A stretch of DNA of 64,000 nucleotides. Source: Marispirochaeta sp. (GTDB lineage: Bacteria; Spirochaetota; Spirochaetia; JC444; Marispirochaetaceae). The notes below the pieces were generated by a model that did not search any database, had not been told where the DNA came from, and saw nothing but the letters and a program-made list of their open reading frames with translations. The DNA is taken from the NCBI GenBank assembly GCA_963676835.2, contig CAXXFF010000003.1, forward strand, positions 704,001 through 768,000, given 5' to 3'. Positions 51,300 to 59,212 of the stretch are shown piece after piece (the stretch's first letter is position 1; every line of letters starts with the position of its first letter). Position numbers and translations under genes: made by a program.

Positions 51300-52295
51300 T
51301 TAGTCGATCAGACCTTTCTCTTTCATGACATCAAGGGCCTTGAAAGATTTTTCCTGAATGGCACGTACAAAGTCACGGGACTTGTCCTGACCAAACCAGC
51401 CTGCGGTTACACCAACAGATTTAGTCCAGCTGCGGAACTCATCTGAGTGCTGTGCATCGTAGTACAGCTTCTCGATGGTATCCAGTACATCCTGAGGAGT
51501 ATCGATGGGAGCAACAATTACGTTGAAACTTCCAATCTCCATTTCTGCATGTCCCTTGTCTGCAATAGTAGGAACATCGGTATAGGTTTCGTTCTGGATT
51601 GTAGAGTATTCAACAAGACCGCGAACCTGGCCGGACTGCAGCACTGCAGCAAAGTCACCAAGACTGGTTATAACAGCATCACACTCACCGGAAAGAAGAG
51701 CTTCTCTCTGGGGACCGGCGCCGTCAACATATTCGATCTGGGAAAATTTAACTCCGTAGATCTCTTCTGTCTGCATGGTGATCATGGAAGGACGTCCGCC
51801 GATAGCAGTAATACCAACAGTCAGTTTGCCGGGATTTGCTTTGGCATCATCAATGAACTGCTCATATGTTTTCCAGGGAGAGTCAGCCTTAACCATAAGA
51901 GCATCGGCTTCCTGAGTTACAATACATACAAACTTAAGCTTGTCCAGGTCGTACTGGGGAATGAGTTTGTAATAAACCGCACCTACACATGCTCCATAGG
52001 TAAGGTTACCCAGGGTGTAGCCGTCGGGACGAGCACGCATTACATCAAAGGGTGCTGCTGCTTCACCGGAACCGGGCTTGTTTATTACGGGAATACTTAC
52101 ATCGAGGTTCTTTTCAATAATAGATGCCAGCTTCCGGTTGATAGTGTCAGTTCCACCGCCGGCACCACCGTTGGTAATAAACTGGATATCCTTTGCAGGA
52201 TACGCTTTTTCCTGTCCACCTTCTGCAAATACTACTCCGGAAAGCAGTGCAAGAGCCATGAGCGCCACAACAAACCGTACAATCTGTTTTTTCAT
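51300..52295 (-). CDS. tctC: TctC/Bug substrate-binding protein (copy 2)
   Basis: YPAKDI...GAGGGTD, NKPG, PDGYT, DVPT. Confidence 0.92.
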   Translation of the reverse strand: MKKQIVRFVVALMALALLSGVVFAEGGQEKAYPAKDIQFITNGGAGGGTDTINRKLASIIEKNLDVSIPVINKPGSGEAAAPFDVMRARPDGYTLGNLTYGACVGAVYYKLIPQYDLDKLKFVCIVTQEADALMVKADSPWKTYEQFIDDAKANPGKLTVGITAIGGRPSMITMQTEEIYGVKFSQIEYVDGAGPQREALLSGECDAVITSLGDFAAVLQSGQVRGLVEYSTIQNETYTDVPTIADKGHAEMEIGSFNVIVAPIDTPQDVLDTIEKLYYDAQHSDEFRSWTKSVGVTAGWFGQDKSRDFVRAIQEKSFKALDVMKEKGLID

Positions 52296-52415
52296 CGTCT
52301 TCTCCTTTAAGCTTTGTCAACCGAAACTGCGGACACGCTATCCATATACTTATGTCTGATGCATCACCCTTTTGAGCCCTCCATGCCCGAAAAAATTGTG
52401 ATTCAACCGACATGC

Positions 52416-52427
52416 TTTGTATACAAA
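52416..52427. promoter_or_regulatory. GntR/FadR-like operator upstream of tctC2
   Basis: Perfect palindrome TTTGTATACAAA downstream of TTGACA (52486-81, minus strand). Confidence 0.6.
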
Positions 52428-52573
52428 CAGAATACATACCAGATTCGATCCGGACTTATTTTTATATATCACACCGTATATGTCAAGCATTATTTTGCAT
52501 ACATAATGTGATGTTTCAAATAAGGCCGTCCCGGCAGAGACGGCCTTAACAGAAGAAGAGAATTTACGCAGAT

Positions 52574-53704
52574 TTACTTCTGTATTGGATAGACTCCGTA
52601 TTTTTTCCGGGCATCCATCATGGCCTGATAGTTTTCCATGGTAGTCCCGTTTTCGAGTCCGTTGCCGCTGGCAATTACCAGCCCTCCTCCGGGAGCCGCA
52701 TTCTGTACTGCATACTTTACTTCCGCATCCACATCTTCGGGAGTTCCGTCGATAAGTGTTTCGCAGTTAACGCTGCCGAAGAAACAGAGCTTATCGCCGT
52801 ATTTCTCATTGAGAAGTTTAAAATCCATACCGATGCTGGACTGGATACCATGCCAGCCGTCCACACCGGCCTCTACGAGGGAATCGAGAATATCCCAGGT
52901 TCGACCATCTGTATGCTTGATAAAATAGCCGCCCTTGTCGTGAGCAGCTTTTACCTGCTTTACAAGACCGGGATACATAAACTCCCGCCACCTTTCGTAG
53001 CCCATCATAAGGCCCCTGTTGTCGGCATAATCGTCGGTGGGCATTACCGCATCAACTCCTGCATCAAAAAAGGCGTTTATATAGGCGATACTGCGGTTAA
53101 CATAAATTTCCGATGCTTTTTTTATAAAATCCGGATCGATAATAAGCCGCATCAGATACTCTTCGATTCCAACTGTCTGCTTATAGGCGAAAGTACCGTC
53201 CAGGGGAAGCCGTGCGATAATAAAATGGGTATCTTTCATCTCGGCTATAACGCCTTTAATAACATCCATTTCACTGGGATCCACCGTGAAGTCTTCATTT
53301 ACATCGGGCAGATCATCGATGGTCATTTCCGTATTGTAGTGGGGAGTAACCTGCTGACCGATGTCGGGATTATAGTGGAACTGCATACCCTTCTCGTCCT
53401 CCCAGGAATAATCTCCGAGCATCCTGGGATGTTTGTATTCTTTATCTACCGGCGAAGCGGGAATTCGGATATAGTCATGGCCGAGAACTTTCGGCAGTTC
53501 TGTAAGGGTCTTAATTGAGTCGTCAATATACTCCTGCCGCCTGCCGTCCCAGCAGTACTTCAGTTCGGCAAACCCGTTTCCGTACAGAACAGGCCGTTCC
53601 AGATACTTCTCCACAAGCTTGTGATGGATATGGTTTTCCCCCATGGGAACCATATCTGCTTCCCTGTGATTCAACATTGCTATTACGCGTTCTCTTGGCA
53701 GCAT
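52574..53704 (-). CDS. URO-D-family TIM-barrel protein (HTDG type), paralog B
   Basis: Same length (376 aa) as paralog A and aligns without gaps; TDDYA, KHTDG, GGGLVIASGN. Confidence 0.88.
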   Translation of the reverse strand: MLPRERVIAMLNHREADMVPMGENHIHHKLVEKYLERPVLYGNGFAELKYCWDGRRQEYIDDSIKTLTELPKVLGHDYIRIPASPVDKEYKHPRMLGDYSWEDEKGMQFHYNPDIGQQVTPHYNTEMTIDDLPDVNEDFTVDPSEMDVIKGVIAEMKDTHFIIARLPLDGTFAYKQTVGIEEYLMRLIIDPDFIKKASEIYVNRSIAYINAFFDAGVDAVMPTDDYADNRGLMMGYERWREFMYPGLVKQVKAAHDKGGYFIKHTDGRTWDILDSLVEAGVDGWHGIQSSIGMDFKLLNEKYGDKLCFFGSVNCETLIDGTPEDVDAEVKYAVQNAAPGGGLVIASGNGLENGTTMENYQAMMDARKKYGVYPIQK

Positions 53705-53735
53705 TTCTATCTCCTTTGGTATTTATCTCTTTAAA

Positions 53736-53751
53736 TGCAGATATCATGCCA
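53736..53751 (-). promoter_or_regulatory. Sigma-54 (-24/-12) promoter of URO-D paralog B
   Basis: Minus strand TGGCATG-ATAT-CTGCA with canonical spacing. Confidence 0.75.
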
Positions 53752-53851
53752 AAAGAAACAATCGGTTTATATGAATATAATTCATTACAAAGAAACCAAT
53801 TACCAGCACACCGCAATAACCGCTTTTTTCAACAAGCACAAAAGCAACATA

Positions 53852-53870
53852 TGTTGCGCTACGTGCAACA
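53852..53870. promoter_or_regulatory. Putative upstream activator sequence
   Basis: TGTTGC-N7-GCAACA; a degenerate copy CGTCGC-N7-GCAACA at 49098-49116 lies the same ~100 bp upstream of the other sigma-54 promoter. Confidence 0.6.
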
Positions 53871-53880
53871 TCTTGAAACT

Positions 53881-53915
53881 AAAAAAAAGGCCGTCCCGAA
53901 TGCAACGGAACGGCC
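53881..53915 (-). terminator. Intrinsic terminator after tctA3
   Basis: GGCCGTTCCG...CGGGACGGCC stem then T8 on the minus strand. Confidence 0.75.
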
Positions 53916-53936
53916 CTGGTACTGCAGCATGCAGAA

Positions 53937-55448
53937 TCAGTTATCAACCTGCTTGTTGAACTTGTTAAGAAACAGAACAAACACAACGGAGAGCACAAGA
54001 AAAACAAGGCTGTCCAGCTCGGTAAAGAATACCAGCAGATTGTTATGGGAAATTGACAGCACCCGTCTGAAATATTCTTCAAAGAGCGGCCCGAGAAGGG
54101 CACCAAGTATAAAAGGTACTGCAGGATACTTCTGCCCGCGGAAGAAGTAGATCATTACGCCCACCGCAAGACCTACAAACATCTGAAAAACCGAGTAGGT
54201 TGCCGCGAAAGCGCCGGTAAGAGAAATTGCAGCAATACTTGAGTAGAGAACCAGGCGGTTGATCTTTACTATCTTGATATAATAGGGCCCGAAGATAAAC
54301 AGAGAGAGGGGCATAAGCACCGCAGCGGCAAACCCGAGGGCTGCATACATCGGGGCTACCAGATAAAGCTGCTTGGAAAGAATTTCCGGACCGGGAATTA
54401 CACCGTAAACCATAAGCACACCAAGAACAATGGCGGTTACACCGTCACCGGGAATGCCGAAGGTGAGCATGGGTACCAGCGCACCACCGCAGACTGCATT
54501 ATTTGCTCCCTCGGCGCAGGCGATACCTTCATAGAAACCGGTACCGTACTTTTCCGGATGCTTTGAAGAGCGCTTACCCTCAGCATAGGAAACAAAAGCC
54601 GCCATACTTCCACCGGCTCCTGGAAGGGCACCGATAAAATAGCCGATAATCGCACTTTTAAGATAGCGCCAGAATCCAACACTCTTAACTTCATCCCAGG
54701 GAGGAATAAAATCGCGCCTCCGGATTTTTACCCCCTCTGAAGCTTCTGCTATTTTCCGGAACTCCGCATTGCTTATGGCAGACTGGGTCAGCAGTTCAGA
54801 GATAGCGAAGGCTCCAATAACAATGGGAACAAACTCAAAGCCTTCCAGAAGGGTTATTGAACCGAAAGTAAAACGCTGGGTCGGCCGCATAACGCCCATA
54901 CCTACCGTTGCCAGTACAAGACCGATAATGGTCATCATGGCAGCCTTGGGCCAGTCTTTACCGGAAAGAGCGGAAATAACAACGAAAGCAAAAAGTATCA
55001 GTGATGCCTTTCCCGGGGTTTTGATCATAAGAGCGACCTTAACCGCCAGGGGAGAGATTGCAATAAGCAGAATAACACCGATGGTTCCGCCGATGGCTGA
55101 TGCCAGAGTGGAATGACCAAGCGCCTTGGCCCCCTGCCCCTGCTTCATCATCAGATGGCCGTCAATTGCCGTCATGGCTCCCGAGGGCGCTCCGGGAATA
55201 TTGATAGTAATGGCGGTAATTGAACCGGAGTACATTCCCGCCATGTAAATTCCCATGCACATAAAAAGGGCAGCATTCATTGACATGCTGTAGGTCATGG
55301 GCAGAAGAAGAACAATTGCCAGAGTTGCTGTAAGACCCGGAATTGAACCGAAAATAACACCTACTACAAAGCCGAACATAAGAGTCAGCAGCAGGATTGG
55401 ATCACCCAGCAGGGTGAATGCATCTAATATTTGTCCTAACGTAGACAT
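53937..55448 (-). CDS. tctA: TctA (copy 3)
   Basis: About 20 substitutions in 503 aa relative to copy 2 (hand count). Confidence 0.95.
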   Translation of the reverse strand: MSTLGQILDAFTLLGDPILLLTLMFGFVVGVIFGSIPGLTATLAIVLLLPMTYSMSMNAALFMCMGIYMAGMYSGSITAITINIPGAPSGAMTAIDGHLMMKQGQGAKALGHSTLASAIGGTIGVILLIAISPLAVKVALMIKTPGKASLILFAFVVISALSGKDWPKAAMMTIIGLVLATVGMGVMRPTQRFTFGSITLLEGFEFVPIVIGAFAISELLTQSAISNAEFRKIAEASEGVKIRRRDFIPPWDEVKSVGFWRYLKSAIIGYFIGALPGAGGSMAAFVSYAEGKRSSKHPEKYGTGFYEGIACAEGANNAVCGGALVPMLTFGIPGDGVTAIVLGVLMVYGVIPGPEILSKQLYLVAPMYAALGFAAAVLMPLSLFIFGPYYIKIVKINRLVLYSSIAAISLTGAFAATYSVFQMFVGLAVGVMIYFFRGQKYPAVPFILGALLGPLFEEYFRRVLSISHNNLLVFFTELDSLVFLVLSVVFVLFLNKFNKQVDN

Positions 55449-55462
55449 ACAAGTTCCTTCCC

Positions 55463-55954
55463 TTAATAGAGTCCGAAAAACATCTTTTCAAACTGTACTT
55501 TGAAAATTACCCAGTACAGCACATACACTACCCCGGTAATAAGGAGCGCATAGATGAACTTTCTGAAAAGCTGCTGAATTTTGTCATCGAAAAAGACAAG
55601 AAACAGAAACACATAAATAAGAACTGCAGGAATAAGTCCTGTAAACTTGAACAGAACAATGTACAGCAGCGATACAAATGAGAGAATAAGCGGAGTCGTA
55701 ACAACCTTGACTGTAGACTCAACCTTACCCTCCTGCTGCTCCTGTTTTAATTCACGGACCGCATCAAAGAGCAGCTTGATCGCAATGGGAATACCAATCA
55801 CCCCAAGCAGTACAGGAAAAAACGACTCACTGGTCTTTTCTCCCATAAAAAGCGGCCCCATACTGATTGCCAAAGAGAGGTAAACAAGCAGTGCAACAAG
55901 CACAACTGCCGGAACCATTACCTTTGAATGCAGATAGGGATTTTTGATTTCCAT
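55463..55954 (-). CDS. tctB: TctB (copy 3)
   Basis: Paralog of copy 2 (MEIKNPYLH vs MELRNPYLH); start at ATG 55954. Confidence 0.85.
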   Translation of the reverse strand: MEIKNPYLHSKVMVPAVVLVALLVYLSLAISMGPLFMGEKTSESFFPVLLGVIGIPIAIKLLFDAVRELKQEQQEGKVESTVKVVTTPLILSFVSLLYIVLFKFTGLIPAVLIYVFLFLVFFDDKIQQLFRKFIYALLITGVVYVLYWVIFKVQFEKMFFGLY

Positions 55955-56060
55955 CTGAACACCTTCCTGTAAAAAAGCTTGCCACAATTATATCATGGCA
56001 TGAATAAAAGCGCCCCCTATTCAAGGAGGCGCATTATAAACGTACAAATAAACCCGCAGG

Positions 56061-57050
56061 TTACTGAATAAGACCTTTTGCCTTCATAGTATCCAGTGCT
56101 TTAAAGGATTTTTCCTGTACTGCTCGTACAAAATCCCGGGCCTTGTCCTGTCCAAACCAGCCGGCGGTAACACCAACAGACTTGGTCCAGCTGCGGAACT
56201 CATCTGAGTGCTGAGCATCGTAGTAGAGCTTCTCAATGGCATCAACGGTATCCTGGGGAGTGTCAATGGGAGCTACAATTACGATGAAACTTCCAATTTC
56301 CATTTCGGCATGACCAAGGGAAGCGATGGTGGGAACGTCTGTGTAAGTAGCGTTCTGAATGGTTGAGTATTCAACCAGACCGCGTACCTGACCGGACTGA
56401 AGAACAGCTGCGAAATCACCGAGGCTGGTGATGGCAGCATCACACTCACCGGAGAGAAGTGCTTCACGCTGGGGACCTGCACCGTCAACATACTCAATTT
56501 GGGAGAACTCTACACCGTAGATCTCTTCAGTCTGCATGGTAATCATGGACGGACGTCCGCCGATAGCAGTAATACCGATGGTGATTTCACCGGGAGCTGC
56601 CTTTGCAGCAGCAATAAAATCATCGTAGGTTTTCCAGGGAGAGTCTGCTTTAACCATAAGTGCATCAGCTTCCTGAGTTACGATACAAACAAATCTGAGC
56701 TTGTCCAGGTCGTACTGGGGAATAAGCTTGTAGTAAACCGCACCTACAGTAGATCCGTAGGTAAGGTTTCCGATGGTGTATCCGTCGGGACGGGCGCGCA
56801 TTACGTCGAAGGGACCTGCAGCTTCACCGGAACCGGGCTTGTTGATAACCGGCATGCTTACATCCATGTTCTTTTCGATAATGGAAGCAAGCTTACGGGA
56901 AATAGCGTCAGTTCCACCGCCAGCACCGCTGTTACAGACATACTGAATGTCCTTTGCGGGATAGGGTTTTTCCTGTCCGCCTTCTGCAAAAAGAGCAGAA
57001 GCCACAGAAAGAATAAGAACTGCAGCCAACAATGTTTTCAGAGTTTTCAT
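56061..57050 (-). CDS. tctC: TctC/Bug substrate-binding protein (copy 3)
   Basis: Close paralog of copy 2; AAGGAG SD before ATG 57050. Confidence 0.92.
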   Translation of the reverse strand: MKTLKTLLAAVLILSVASALFAEGGQEKPYPAKDIQYVCNSGAGGGTDAISRKLASIIEKNMDVSMPVINKPGSGEAAGPFDVMRARPDGYTIGNLTYGSTVGAVYYKLIPQYDLDKLRFVCIVTQEADALMVKADSPWKTYDDFIAAAKAAPGEITIGITAIGGRPSMITMQTEEIYGVEFSQIEYVDGAGPQREALLSGECDAAITSLGDFAAVLQSGQVRGLVEYSTIQNATYTDVPTIASLGHAEMEIGSFIVIVAPIDTPQDTVDAIEKLYYDAQHSDEFRSWTKSVGVTAGWFGQDKARDFVRAVQEKSFKALDTMKAKGLIQ

Positions 57051-57165
57051 AAACTCTCCTTTTTTTAATCCATGATACACTAATGTGTGATGCATCACAG
57101 ATTTTCTACTTTAAAACGCCAACGGCGTCTTTTGCTGCTGAATGTCTTTGGATTTACTGAAATAC

Positions 57166-57195
57166 AGTGTATACCGACAGTATACAGGTTGTCAA
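57166..57195 (-). promoter_or_regulatory. Sigma-70 promoter of tctC3 with an embedded GTATAC palindrome
   Basis: TTGACA(57195-90)-18 bp-TACACT(57171-66); TGTATAC-N5-GTATACA at 57168-86. Confidence 0.65.
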
Positions 57196-57280
57196 AGGGA
57201 ATTTCTGAGAAAAGTAACATATTAGATATTTTTTTATCTATAAGACGAGGGGAAGAGGATAATGTTGATTGAGTTAAGTG

Positions 57281-57877
57281 CTAAAAAGCCCGCACAGCCC
57301 GCACCCTGGCGGGTTGATCTTTACCAACATAATTCGAATACCCCAAAGACGACCCACTGGTAAATGCCATAAACCACGCATATGAGGGTGAGTACTCTGA
57401 AGAACTCCAGTATGTGGTGCTGCCGAAGTTTGCAGTACCACTGTTGTTTCCCTCACCGTCATCAACAAGATTGTCACATATAAGACCAAGCTCATTTATG
57501 GAGGGCAGAAACCAGTCATCTTTACCGCCGCCCTTGTAATATGTCGCCATACCAGCCGCATAATCCAACAGAACATGATATCCTGCATTTTCCGCTTGCT
57601 GTATGATATATAGGGTATTATCAATACCGGTATCTACCGCAGTTCCCGTTGTGTAGATTGCTGAATCAGAAACAGGACTCCATTCAACTGTACCCTGATC
57701 AGTGGGAGCCACCTCCAGGCCGTGGACTCCACCATCGGTAATGTAAAAGACTATACCTACCCCGCTGGGTCCGATGTCACCTATGTCATAGGTTTTCGGG
57801 CCAGCTGCATCGGTCTCGCATCCGGTAAAGAGAAGAAAAGCTGTAAGTGCAAGCAGAAGGTATATGGTGTTTTTCAA
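57281..57877 (-). CDS. DUF1566/Lcl-like (C-type-lectin-fold) lipoprotein 1
   Basis: Lipobox FTGC; Y.IGD.GPSGVGIVFY, DDWFLPS..EL, YWSSSE, terminal RVRAVRAF; TTG start with a GGAG SD. Confidence 0.8.
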   Translation of the reverse strand: MKNTIYLLLALTAFLLFTGCETDAAGPKTYDIGDIGPSGVGIVFYITDGGVHGLEVAPTDQGTVEWSPVSDSAIYTTGTAVDTGIDNTLYIIQQAENAGYHVLLDYAAGMATYYKGGGKDDWFLPSINELGLICDNLVDDGEGNNSGTANFGSTTYWSSSEYSPSYAWFMAFTSGSSLGYSNYVGKDQPARVRAVRAF

Positions 57878-57936
57878 TTGTTTACTCCGGTGTCTGTATA
57901 TTCGCCTGCAATACTATCGTAGAATGTCAGAAAGGT

Positions 57937-57960
57937 CGTTCGGGTTTATAAATCCGTACG
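57937..57960. promoter_or_regulatory. 24-bp palindromic box, copy 1
   Basis: CGTTCGGGTTTATAAATCCGTACG, 20 bp upstream of TAGTAT (57916-11, minus strand). Confidence 0.85.
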
Positions 57961-58047
57961 TTTTTTTGAGGTGTTATTGAGCAATTCTCAGGAAAAGCCC
58001 CCCGGGGCCTGAGCCCCGGAGAGTGTTTGAATAATTATAGCGGATTA

Positions 58048-59022
58048 CTATTCCACCTTGTAACTATGAAGGCCTCCGCTACCATTTGCCAGATAGATAA
58101 AGTTACCATCTCCCCAGACTCCGTTGGCACTATCTCCCTGGTCATCAAAACCGATGTGGGTCAGGTAGCCGGAGGCATTCACAGTATAAACGTGGAGTCC
58201 TCCTATATCATTCGCCAGATAAATAAAATTCCCATCGCCCCATACTACACGGGCAGTATCTCCCCGGTAATCAGAATCGATATAGGTCAGATTGCCGGAA
58301 GCATCCACCGAATAGGTGTAAAGTCCTCCATTACCATTAGCCAGATAGATAAAAGTGCCATCACCCCACACACCCATGGCACTATAATTCTGGTCATCAG
58401 AATCGATATGAGTTAGGTAGCCGGAAGCATCCACCGAGTAGGCATGAAGTCCTCCAGTATAATTTGCAAGATAGATAAAATCGCCATCTCCCCAGACACC
58501 CTGAGCCAGATCACCCTGGTCATCAGAATCGACATGAGTCAGGTTTCCGGAACCATCCACTGAGTAAGTGTGAAGTCCCCCATCAGAGTTTGCCAAGTAG
58601 ATAAAGTCGCCATCTCCCCAGACACCCTTGGCTGTTCCTCCCTGGTCATCAGAATCGACATGAGTCAGGTTTCCGGAACCATCTACTGAGTAAGAGTGAA
58701 GTCCCCCATCAGAGTTTGCCAGGTAGATAAAGTCGCCATCTCCCCAGACACCCTGGGCTGTTCCTCCCTGGTCATCAGAATCGATATGGGACAGGTAGCC
58801 GGAAGCATCCACCGAGAAGGCGTGAAGTCCTCCATCATGATTTGCCAGATAGATGAAGTCGCCATCCCCCCAGACACCCATGGCCCAATATCCCTGGTCA
58901 TCCGAATCAATATGGGTCAGAGACCCAGGATTCTTAGTATCATCGGACGAGGCATCAGTGTTACATCCGGCAGCGATAAACAAAGCAAGTACCGCAAACA
59001 ACAGATACACAGTTTTTTTCAT
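58048..59022 (-). CDS. LVIVD-repeat lipoprotein (7-bladed beta-propeller)
   Basis: Lipobox AAGC, then seven 42-aa repeats GxLTHIDSDDQGxxAxGVWGDGDFIYLANxxGGLHxYSVDAS. Confidence 0.85.
   Translation of the reverse strand: MKKTVYLLFAVLALFIAAGCNTDASSDDTKNPGSLTHIDSDDQGYWAMGVWGDGDFIYLANHDGGLHAFSVDASGYLSHIDSDDQGGTAQGVWGDGDFIYLANSDGGLHSYSVDGSGNLTHVDSDDQGGTAKGVWGDGDFIYLANSDGGLHTYSVDGSGNLTHVDSDDQGDLAQGVWGDGDFIYLANYTGGLHAYSVDASGYLTHIDSDDQNYSAMGVWGDGTFIYLANGNGGLYTYSVDASGNLTYIDSDYRGDTARVVWGDGNFIYLANDIGGLHVYTVNASGYLTHIGFDDQGDSANGVWGDGNFIYLANGSGGLHSYKVE
58051..58926 (-). repeat. Intragenic tandem repeat, 7 x 126 bp
   Basis: Two adjacent 126-bp units (about 58517-58768) differ at only about 4 positions. 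Confidence 0.9.
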
Positions 59023-59079
59023 TTTTTTCTCCTGTATTAATTGAATAGCGGAGATCTTATCCCAGTTTGGAAAACAGGT

Positions 59080-59103
59080 CGTTCGGGTTTATAAATCCGA
59101 ACG
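59080..59103. promoter_or_regulatory. 24-bp palindromic box, copy 2
   Basis: CGTTCGGGTTTATAAATCCGAACG, 20 bp upstream of TAAGAT (59059-54, minus strand). Confidence 0.85.
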
Positions 59104-59212
59104 TTTTTTTTGATTTTTTTAACGCAGGGCAGTTTTTACACTTCAAATTCTTCCATAGTCAGTCAAGCAAGGTACAAAGAGTAACGAGAAAAGTGCTGTT
59201 TTCTGAGATGCT

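Noticed and set aside
47976..53518. Long plus-strand ORFs (47976-48833, 51447-52310, 52850-53518; similarly 1579-2193, 2464-3240, 19297-20040, 23680-24432, 42027-42827)
   Set aside because: Antisense shadows of well-supported genes, with no motifs or SD
41841..53704. Calling the URO-D-fold genes hemE or mtaA/mtbA
   Set aside because: HemE RQAGR signature absent, zinc-ligand set incomplete, and no tetrapyrrole or corrinoid-protein genes nearby
49206..57050. Assembly artefact explaining the duplicated tct modules
   Set aside because: The copies differ at many synonymous sites and have largely unrelated intergenic regions
58051..58926. CRISPR array
   Set aside because: Contiguous 126-bp in-frame coding repeats with no unique spacers
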